From a bacterium (GTDB lineage Bacteria > Electryoneota > Electryoneia > Electryoneales > Electryoneaceae), in the NCBI GenBank assembly GCA_963669175.1, contig OY769902.1, positions 1,024,001-1,088,000 of the forward strand: a stretch of 64,000 bases of DNA, given 5' to 3'. The notes below the pieces were generated by a model. The model was not told where the DNA came from, searched no databases, and saw nothing but the letters and a program-made list of their open reading frames with translations. Shown in pieces: positions 1 through 12,000 of this stretch (positions are counted from its first letter, which is position 1; every line of letters begins with the position of its first letter). Both the position numbers and the translations under genes were made by a program.

Positions 1-3000
1 TCTTCAATAATCAGAATGAAGGTGGTCATGGTGGCGGTATCTATTTCTATAACTGCAATCCGAGTGTTTCAGACCTGACCGTTTCAGGCAACTACGCCCA
101 GGATAATGGCGGCGGTATGTATTTCTATAATGCGCATCCGGTTGTCCAGGATTGTGATATCTCCGATAATGAAGCGGATGGCGGCGGTGGCGGTATTGCC
201 ATGATACAATCAGAAGCCCAGGTTCTGAATTGTGAGATCTATAACAACACCACGGATTTATACGGTGGCGGAATTCACGCTTTCAATGCCTGTGAGCCCA
301 CGATTGATAAATGTCTTTTCCGGAACAACACTGCCAACCTGCGTGGTGGCGCCATTCATGCCTACAGTGATGGGAATCCGACGATAACCAGAAACACCAT
401 TGTCTTTAATACCTCTCCGACTGGTGCAGGTATTTACATCGGGTACAATTCAGACGGCACAGTGAATTCGAACATCATTGCCTTTAACATCGAAGGTGAA
501 GGCGTCAATGCGTCCAACGATTCTCCGTTAAGTGAAATCGCTTATAACAATGTACACAGCAATGATGCCGGGGGGATGTGGGGGAACCTGCCGGATGGAA
601 CAGGCGTCATTTCGACCGTGAACGAAAACGGTGACCCAAGCGATGTTTACTTCAATATTGATGAAGATCCGCAGTTTACCGATACATTTCTGAACGATTA
701 TACCCTGGAATCAACTTCGCCAAGTATTAACGCCGGTGATCCTGATCTTCCTGCTGATCCTGATCTTTCCATTGCAGACCAGGGAGCGTTCCCGTATTAC
801 CAGCACACCCCGATCGCTTTCAGCCTGCTTTCGCCTTTGGACGGCACTATTGTGTACGTTGGTGGTGACACCACGTTGACATGGGAGGCATCTGCAGACC
901 CAGACGGTCAGGCAGTTCACTATGATGTATGGATGAGTAACTCCCCGGATCTGTCCGATGCGGTGCAGATTGCCGAAGGTCTCCTGGCGACATCGTTTGC
1001 CGTCAATGATCTGGAGGATGACCAGGACTGGTACTGGACGGTTCATGCCACGGACACCAATACCGATGGTCAATGGGCGCGGGACACCTTGCACTTCCAT
1101 ACCCATACGGTTGAAGCGCCGGGCGCATTTGCGCTGGCATCACCTGCCGATGAAAGCATACAGCCAAGCACAGGAGTCATGCTGCGCTGGACTCGCTCCA
1201 TTGATGCCGATCCTGGTGATGAAATCACTTACACCGTCCAATGGTCCGACCATTCCAATTTCAGTCCTGTGTACCAGGGAACCACACAGGACACCATGCT
1301 GTTTATCAATACTCTTCAGGATATTGTAGCAGAGTTTCCTGATAACAGTACGATTTACTGGCGCGTGCGTGCACGAGACAGCTTTAACCAGTATACGTGG
1401 GCAACTCCACAGAGCGGTTGGTCTTTCGATGTGGTCGATCCAGATCCACCAGCGGCATTTGACCTGGTTGGCCCGGGCGATCTGGATACCTGCTGGACCG
1501 GCGATACCACTTTTGTCTGGGAAGCGACAACCGATCCGGACATGGGCGATGAAGTCACCGGGTACATGCTCTGGGTGGCAACCAATCCCAGTTTTACCGC
1601 TAATCTGGACAGTTTCTTCACGACTGGCACATCCTATACGGTAAACAACCTCCAGGATGATGTTGAGTACTGGTGGATGGTCCGTGCGTTGGATAATAAC
1701 ACGAACGGTCGATGGTCCTCTGATGCATGGCGACTAAGAATTTATATCCCTGAAGCGCCGATGGCGTTTAACCTGTCCAGTCCGCCGAACAACGGAGAAG
1801 TGGACAATGATACCGTAAATGTAGTCTGGCATGCGCCGGTCGATCCCGATCCCAACGACCAGATGACCTATACCATCGAATGGACAGAAGACGCATCCTG
1901 GTCAGACTATTACTCAGACACCACAGAAGAGTTGACGTACGAAATTTCAGACCTGTCACAGCCGTTATTAACTGCAAGGCGTGAGCTGGCGGAGAGATAC
2001 CTGTCTGGCGAGTTGGATCTGGATAACATCGGCGGGTTGGATGAGCTGGATGAACTACCTGACGAGACCTGGGTTTACTGGCGTGTTCGCGCCATGGACA
2101 GCTTCGGTAACAGCGTTCAGTGTACTCCGGCTGCCGGCTGGCGTTTTTATGTCAATGTTACGGATCCAATAGAACCGTTCAGCCTGTTCTCGCCCGGCGA
2201 TGGCGATACCTGCTGGACTGGCGACACCACCTTTGCCTGGAACCATACGGAAGACCCCGATGGTATCCTGCTCTATTATCGTTTCCAATGGGCGGAAGAT
2301 GAAGATTTTACTATCAATGTAGACTCCACCGCAGCAACTTTCGATTCGTTCATGACGATGAACGGGTTCGAAGATGATCAGACCTATTGGTGGCGGGTAC
2401 GTGCCGGAAACCTGTCCGGTTCCTCGCGCATGTCCAGCGAAACCTGGGCATTGAATATCTTCATCCCGGAACCGCCATCTGCGTTTGATCTGCTATCCCC
2501 CCCGGACGAAGACACACTATTTAATGCCACCCCAACGGTTTCATGGCAAGCCTCTGTTGATCCGGACCCCGGTGAAACAGTCCGCTATCGTGTCATCTGG
2601 GCCACAGACGCCGCCTTTACTCAAAATGTCGATTCCTCGGCGGCAACAACTTCCACTTCGGCGACACTGCCAGCCTTGAACGATGATACGACCTACTGGT
2701 GGCGGGTACGTGCGCTTGATCCTCGTGCGGGGGATGTGTGGTCAACATCCACACGTCGATTCCACATTTACATTCCTGAACCACCGGCGGATTTCTCTTA
2801 TCTCGCGCCGGCAAGCGGTAGTGTGGTGGAAGAGGATACGGTCACGGTAAGCTGGCATGCAGCAGTCGATCCCGACCCCAATGATGTCATTACCTATACG
2901 GTATACTGGTCAACCGCGGCAACCTTTAACCCGTTGTACACGGCGACCACAACCGAAACCAGTTACCGGATCTCTGACCTGGCCAGTGTGCTGGGGCATG

Positions 3001-6000
3001 GGGTTGATGAACTCGACCAGTTGCCGGACAACCAGCGTATCTTCTGGAAAGTAACCGCTGAAGACAGTTACGGCTTCACCAGTGATGGTTTGCCGACCAC
3101 GGGATGGTCATTCTGGACAAACTACATCGATGAACCGCCTGATCCCTTCAGCCTGCTCTCGCCAAGCAATGATGATACCGTCTGGGCCGGGGACACAACC
3201 CTGACCTGGCAGGCGACAACCGAACCTGATCCGGGTGATGATGTAACCGGGTATATGGTCTGGTGGGCCACCAACAGTGGATTCAGCGATAACCTGGATT
3301 CCGCGGCTGTGGGAGCCGGGGTGACTTCCTACCATCTGGAAGATCTTATCGATGATCATGCCTACTGGTGGAAGGTCCGGGCGCTTGACAACAACACCAA
3401 TGGCCGTTGGTCTACCGATACCCGCAGGTTCCACGCCTTTGTGCCCGATCCGCCTTCTGCGTTTGCACTGGCTGCGCCGGATAGCGGTGATTTGATCGCA
3501 GAGGATACGGTTGTCGTGTACTGGCGGCAATCAACCGATCCTGACCTGAACGATGAGATCACCTATACCGTCATGTGGTCAACCGATCCCGGGTTCGGGA
3601 CCGTATACTCGGGTACGACACAGGACACCTCCTACACAATCACCGATCTGGCCAATCTTGGCCCCCAGGATGAAATCATTGGCAGCGATGAACTGGATGA
3701 ACTTCCCGATGCCACGACCATTTACTGGCGGGTACGAGCGGAGGACAGGTACAACCTGTCTACGATCGGGACGCCATCTCATGGTTGGTCTTTCACGACC
3801 AACCTCCCGACACCGCCACAGCCGTTCAGTCTGTTGAGCCCATCCAATGGGGACACCTGCTGGGGTGGCGATACAACTCTGACCTGGCAAACAGCAATCG
3901 ACCCTGACCCGGATGACGCTGTTCTGCGGTATGTGGTCTGGATTGCTTCCAACAGCGCGTTTACTCAGAATCTGGACAGCATTTCCGTAAATGCTCCGGC
4001 TACGACGCTTGACCTGGAAGACCTTGATGATGACCGGGCGTATTACTGGAAGGTTCGCGCACAGGACGGCAACACGACCGGAAGGTGGTCTTCGACAACC
4101 CGCTATTTCAGGACCTATATCCCGGAAGCTCCTGGCGCTTTTGCTCTGCAAAGCCCGGCGAATGGGGCTGATGTTGACAACGACACAGTGACTGTAAGCT
4201 GGACAGCCGCAGTTGATCCGGACCCCAACGATGTTTTGACTTATACGGTTGAATGGTCCACGCAGAGTAACTTTGCCACATCATACACTGGCTCAACTAC
4301 CAATACCAGCTTCCAGATCACCGACCTGCAGGACTATGTCGGAAATGGTGATGAGCTGGACGAGCTGCCGGATGACACAACGATTTACTGGCGTGTTTCT
4401 GTCAGGGATCGGTTCGGAAACATACGTCAGGCGACTCCTCCTGAGGGATGGTCGTTCCATATTGACATCCCACAGCCACCATTACCCTTCAGCCTGGTCA
4501 GTCCGGCCGATAATGTGACCTGCCGGACAGGAGATACAACCCTGGTCTGGCGCTCCACAACAGACCCGGATCCTGGACAAACGGTTCTCTACACGGTCTG
4601 GTGGGCCAACAACAGCAGTTTCACCAGTAATCTGGATTCTGCGACGACGGCAGACACAACATGTGACCTCAATAATCTGGCTGACGAATCCCATTATTAC
4701 TGGAAAGTTAAAGCTGTTGATGATGACGGGAACGCTACCTGGTCAACACAAACCCGGCGTTTCCTGGTCTATATACCGGAAGCGCCTTCCGCATTCAACC
4801 TGTTGAGTCCTGCTGATGGGGACACTTCCTGGACAGGCAATGCAAACTTGAGTTGGCAAGCCGCAACTGACCCGGACCATGGTGATGTTCTTCATTACGA
4901 AGTCTGGTGGGCGACAAATGCTGCGTTTACTGCCGGAGTAGACAGCCAGGCGGTGACAGGAACCTCCTATACGCTTGCGAACCTGACAGATGACACGCAG
5001 TACTGGTGGAAAGTCAAGGTGGTTGACAATTATAGTCTAAGCGCCTGGTCCACAAGTACGCGCAGTTTCCATGTTTATATCTCAGAAGCGCCGGGAGCCT
5101 TTACCCTTGTCAGCCCGGATAGCGGGGACGTTATTGCAGAAGATACAGTAACCGTAACATGGACAGCTTCGGTTGATCCCGACCCGGGTGACGATGTCAG
5201 CTATCGAGTCGAATGGGCTACGAATCCGTCGTTCACCGGTTATTACAGCGGCACAACGGAAGAAACAACCTTTGATATAACAGATCTGGCTGATATCGTT
5301 CAGGATCTGGACGAACTGGAAGACGACATCACGGTTTACTGGCGTGTCCGCGCCATCGACAATCACAGTATGGAAACGCTGGCTACACCGAATCATGGCT
5401 GGTCATTCTCCATTTACATCCCGGAAGCGCCTTCTGCATTCGGCCTGTTGAGTCCGGCTAGTGGGGATACCTGCTGGACCGGGGATACCACGCTTACCTG
5501 GCAGGCATCGATTGATCCTGATCCCGACAATGTCATCGCCTACAAGGTCTGGTGGGCGACGAATGCAGCGTTTACCCAGGGACTGGACAGCGCCTCGACC
5601 AATGCGACCAGTTACGCTCTGAACAACCTGCCGGACGACACCCGGTTCTACTGGAAAGTCCGCGCCCAGGATCAGAATTCCACGGGCACCTGGTCAACGG
5701 ATACCCGGTATTTTGATGTCTTCATCCCGGATGCGCCGACAGCGTTCAACCTGTTGACACCGCCGGACGAATCCATATTGGCGATGGATACAGTGACGGT
5801 GACCTGGGAAGCCTCAACCGACGCCGACCCGGGCGATGAGATCACCTACCGTGTCGAATGGGCAACGAATCCCGCGTTCACCGGCTATTACAGCGGAACA
5901 ACACTTGGAACCACGTTAGATATCACCGACCTCGCCGACATGGTGCAGGATCTGGACGAACTTCCCGATGATATCACGGTCTACTGGCGTGTCCGCGCCA

Positions 6001-9000
6001 TGGATAAATATGATCAGGAAACGCTGGCAACACCGAATGAAGGCTGGTCTTTCTCGGTCTACATTCCTGAACCGCCTTCTGCATTCAGCCTGTTGAGCCC
6101 CGATGACGGCGATACCTGCTGGACTGGCGATACCACTCTGACCTGGCAGGATTCGACCGATCCCGACCCGGACGATGTTATCACCTACAAAGTCTGGTGG
6201 GCGACCAACGCGGCCTTCACGCAGGGGCTGGACAGCGCATCAACCAATGCGACCAGTTACGCTATGAACAACCTGCCGGACGACACCCGGTTCTACTGGA
6301 AAGCCCGCGCCCAGGATCAGAATTCCACAGGCACATGGTCTACGGAAACCTGGCATTTTGACGTGTTCATCCCCGATGCGCCGACAGCGTTCAACCTGCT
6401 GACACCACCGGACGAGTCCGTGTTGGCGATAGATACGGTGACGGTAACCTGGGAAGCGTCTTCCGACCCCGACCCGGGCGATGAGATCACCTACCGTGTC
6501 GAATGGGCAACAAACCCGGCGTTTACTGGTTATTACAGCGGAACAACACTTGGAACCACTTTCGATATTACCGATCTCGCCGATATGGTGCAGGATCTGG
6601 ACGAGCTTCCCGATGATATCACGGTTTACTGGCGTGTCCGCGCCATGGACAAGTACGATCTCGAAACACTGGCGACACCGAATGAGGGCTGGTCTTTCTC
6701 GGTCTACATTCCTGAACCACCAACCGCGTTCAGCCTGTTACATCCGTCCGATGGCGATACCTGCTGGACCGGCGACACCACCCTGACCTGGCAGGCGTCT
6801 TCCGACCCCGATCCGGGTGACGCGATTACCTACAAGGTCTGGTGGGCGACCAACGCCGCCTTTACGCAGGGACTGGACAGCGCTTCCACTGCCGAAACCA
6901 GCTATGAGTTGAATAACCTGCCGGATGACACCCGCTTCTATTGGAAGGTTCGCGCGCAGGATACAAACACGACGGGTACATGGTCCACACAAAGCTGGCA
7001 CTTCGACGTCTTTATCCCGGATGCGCCGACAGCGTTCAACCTGTTGACACCGCCGGACGGTTCTGTACTGGCGATGGATACAGTGACCGTAACCTGGGAA
7101 GCATCGACTGACGCCGACCCGGGTGATGAGATCACCTACCGTGTCGAATGGGCAACAAACCCGGCGTTTACAGGTTATTACAGCGGAACAACGCTTGGAA
7201 CAACCTTCGATATCACTGATCTGGCTGATGTGGCGCCGGAACTGGATGAGCTTCCCGATGATATCACGGTCTACTGGCGTGTTCGTGCCATGGACAAATA
7301 CGACCAGGAAACACTCGCGACACCAAACGAGGGCTGGTCGTTCTCGATCTTCATTCCCGAGCAACCGGCAGCCTTCAGCCTGCTGAGTCCGGACAATGGA
7401 GACACCTGCTGGACTGGCGATGAAACGCTGAACTGGCAGGCTTCGTCCGATCCTGATCCAGGTGACGCGATTACCTACAAGGTCTGGTGGGCAACCAACG
7501 CAGCCTTTACGCAGGGGCTGGACAGCGCTTCCACTGCGGAAACCAGCTACGAATTGAATAACCTGCCGGACGACACCCGTTTCTGGTGGAAAGTTCGCGC
7601 CCAAGATACCAATACAACCGGAACATGGTCTACGGAAACGTGGCAGTTTGACGTCTTCATACCCGAAACTCCGATAGCCTTCAACCTGACCGGACCTGTT
7701 ACCGGGGACACCTGCTGGACCGGGGATACAACCCTGGTATGGCAGGCAAGCAGCGATAATGACCCGGGCGATGTGATCACCTACAAGGTCTGGTGGGCGA
7801 CCAATGCAGCCTTTACCGAAGGCTTGGACAGCGCCTCCACGTCAGAAACCACATACACACTGAACGGCCTTGATGACGACACCCGCTACTGGTGGAAAGT
7901 CCGGGCGCAGGATCGTTATACCAATGGCACGTGGTCAAACCAGGTATATGATTTTGATGTATTTATAATTGAAGCGCCGGGGGCGTTTTCACTGGTCGCC
8001 CCAACTGATGGCGCTGCAGTGAATGATGATACCGTCACCGTATCCTGGACACAATCCATTGATCCGGATGCCAACGATATTGTGACATATCGTGTTGAAT
8101 GGTCCACCAGTAATACGTTTGCGCCGCTGTACGATGACGAAACCACGGAAACCAGTTACAATATTACCGGGCTGGTGGATATGTTGCAGGATCTGGATGA
8201 ATTGCCCGATGATATGACCGTGTACTGGCGTGTCCGTGCGATTGACCGGTATGGATTTAGCACGACGGCGACACCGTCGGACGGCTGGTCGTTTACCGTA
8301 CGCATCCCCGAAGAGCCATCGGCGTTCAGCCTGATCGGTCCGGTCAACGGGGATACCTGTTGGACGGGTGACACCACGTTGACATGGCAGGCGTCAGTTG
8401 ATCCTGATCCGGGGGATGTGATCACCTACAAGGTCTGGTGGGCGACCAACGCGGCCTTTACCGAAGGACTGGACAGCGCTTCGACAGCCGCGACCAGCTA
8501 TACCCTGCACAACCTGGCAGACGATACTCGTTTCTGGTGGAAAGTTCGAGCCCAGGATACCAATACATCCGGTGTCTGGTCCACAGAAACAGAGTCCTTT
8601 GATGTCTTCATCCCGGAGGCGCCGGGCGCGTTTGCATTGTTGACTCCTGCCAACGGCGCCCTGATGCCGAATGATACAGTAACCGTGTCCTGGGCGGCTT
8701 CCATCGACCCGGACCCGGGTGATGTTGTGACCTATCGTGTGGAATGGTCCACCAGCAATACGTTTGTTCCGTTGTATGACGATGAAACAACGGAAACAAG
8801 TTATATGATTACCGACTTGCAGGACGTGTTGCAGGATCTCGATGAAATCCCGGACAATACGACTGTCTACTGGCGGATTCGAGTCACGGATAATCGTGGC
8901 ATGGTCAATTGGGGGACGCCCAATGCGGGACGCTCTTTCACCATTCGCATATCCGATGCGCCGTACCCATTCAGCCTGTTAGACCCGCTGGATGGAGACA

Positions 9001-12000
9001 CCTGCTGGACCGGCGATACTACGTTGACATGGCAGGTAGCGACAGACCCCGACCCCGGCGATCAGATTGCCTACAAAGTCTGGTGGGCAACCAACGCGGC
9101 CTTTACCGAAGGGCTGGACAGTGTATCGGTTACGGAAGCCAGTTATGCCCTGAACAACCTGGCTGATGATACGGATTACTGGTGGAAGGTTCGGGCTCAG
9201 GACGGTAACAGTTCCGGCACCTGGTCAACCGAAACGAGACGGTTGCATGTCTACATCCCGGAAGCGCCGTCTACCTTCAGCCTGATCGAACCGGAACATG
9301 GCGATACTGTCTGGACCAGCGCCGTAGAGTTGTCCTGGCAGGTTGCAAACGACAACGATCCGAACGATACCGTTGAATACTGGGTTTTCTGGGCTAACGA
9401 TCCCGGCTTTACCACGGGGCTGGATTCTGCGGTAGTGAACCAGGCCAGTTATACCCTGACCGGGTTGATGGATGACCACACCTATTTCTGGAAGGTACGT
9501 GCGCAGGACAATTACACCGGCGGAACCTGGTCAACTCAGACCCGCATGTTCCGGGTGTACATGATTGGATTCCCGGACGCATTCAGCCTGATCGGTCCCT
9601 TGAACGGCGATACCTGCTGGACTGGCGATACGACACTGGTCTGGCATGAAACGACCGACCCCGACCCCGACGATGATATTACCTATGTCATCTGGTGGGC
9701 CAATGATGAAGCCTTTATCGAGGGGCTGGATTCAACCACAACAACAGACACAACCCTGTCGCTGGAAGACCTTTCCGATGATACTCCGTATTGGTGGAAA
9801 GTACGTGCGCAGGACCAGAATACAGCAGGCACATGGTCAACACAAACCTTTGGCTTCCATGTGTACATCCCGGAATCGCCCGTAACCTTCGGGCTGGCAT
9901 TGCCGGAAAATGAGGCGACAGTAACTACCGATACCGTCACTATTTATTGGCATCCGGCCACAGACCCCGATCCCGGTGATGTGATTCATTATGACATCGA
10001 GCTGGCCATGTTGCCGGATTTCAGTCATACCCAGGAAGCTAGCACGTCAGATACCAGCTTTATCATCACAGACTTCATCCAGCAGATGGCTGGAGAACTG
10101 GATGAGCTGGAAGACGATCAAACCTATTACTGGCGTGTGTTCGCTGAGGATCGGTTCGGGCTGAATGTCGGCTGTACGCCCATCACCGGGTATGCCTTCA
10201 CCGTTCATGTCCCGGAACCGCCGGAAGCGTTCAGCCTGATATCACCCTTTGATGAAGATACCTGCTGGACCGGCGATACAACCCTTGTCTGGCATTCTTC
10301 GAGTGACCCGGATCCGGGCGATGTGATCACGTATCATATCTGGATCGCCAACGACGAGCAGTTCACTGTCGGTCTCGATTCGATGGCTACTGCCGACACT
10401 ACCCTGGAACTGGTAGATCTTCCCGATGACACCCCGTTCTGGTGGAAAGTGCGCGCGCAGGACATGAACACCGAAGGAACCTGGTCAACCGAAACGGGCA
10501 TGTTCGAGGTGTTCATCCCGGAGGCGCCTGCCGCCTTCAGCCTGTTGAGCCCGTTGAACGGCGTTACGCTGGAAATGACGGATGTGGACCTTGAATGGCA
10601 GGAATCCAGCGATAACGATCCGGATGATGACCTGGAATATGTGTTGTACTGGTCGCTTTCGGAGAACTTTGTAACGGGAGTGGATTCCATAACCCTGACC
10701 GAGACAGAACACACCCTGGCAGGGCTATCGGATGACACGCAGTACTGGTGGAAAGTCCGTGCGCAGGACCACTACACCGTGGGCACCTGGTCAACCCAAA
10801 CCTGGACCTTCAGCGTGGGTGTGCCGCAATCCCCCTTCCCCTTCAGCCTGATCAGCCCGGTTGAGGGAGATACCATCTGGAGTTCGGAAGGCAATTTCTT
10901 CTGGCATGGCACATCTGATCCTGATCCGGAAGAAGACTTCACCTATCATTTCCAGATCGCTACTGATCCGCTGTTCACGCTGAACTTTGAAGAACAGGTT
11001 CTTGAGATGGATACCGGGGCTGTGGCGACTGGCCTGATGGATGATACCCGCTACTGGTGGCGTGTTGTGGCCATTGACGAACAGGACCACGCGACCTATT
11101 CCAACGAAACCTGGTACTTCGATGTTTATATCCCGGAAGCGCCGGAAGAATTCAGCCTGTTGCTGCCGGAAAATGAAGCCATTATTGAAGATGATACGGT
11201 ATTAGTGTACTGGGAACCGACCACCGACCCCGACCCGGGCGACTGGATCAGGTATACGGTACAGTGGTCCATGTTCGAACAGTTTACCGAATATGCGACC
11301 GCAACAACACTTGATACCATGCTGAGTATCAATGGGCTGGAAGACCAGATCCTTGCGGAACTGGATGAACTCCCCGATGATATCAGCGTTTACTGGCGTG
11401 TCCTGGCTATAGACCAGTATGCGGACACCACATGGGCCACCCCGGAGACCGGGTATGTCTTCCATGTGTCCTACGAACATTCACCGCCGCTCGCATTTGA
11501 CCTGGTTGAACCGGCTGATGGTGATACCGTATTCACCGGTGAACCGATAGTGCGCTGGGAAACTGCTGTTGAGCCTGATCCGGGTGATAGTGTAGCAAGC
11601 TATACGATCGTGTGGGCGGAAGATGCCGTGTTTACGGTTGGCGTCGATTCCACAACCGGACTGGAAGACACGAGCTATGTGTTTGAAGGATTGACCGACG
11701 AAACCATGTACTGGTGGAAGGTGCGGGCGGTGGATACCAACACCAACGGCGCCTGGTCAACCAGCAACTTCAGTTTCCTGGTCTATATCCCGGAACCGCC
11801 GACAGCGTTCAACCTGTTGTCGCCGGAAGACGAAGCGCTAGTGGCGGAAGATACGGTTACCGTGACCTGGAGCAGTTCGTCTGATCCCGATGCCGGGGAC
11901 ACCCTGACCTATCATGTGGTCTGGTCCATTGATCCGGAGTTCGGCATCGCCAATGACAGCCTGGTAACAGACACCACCATGCAGATCGGGTATGTCGATC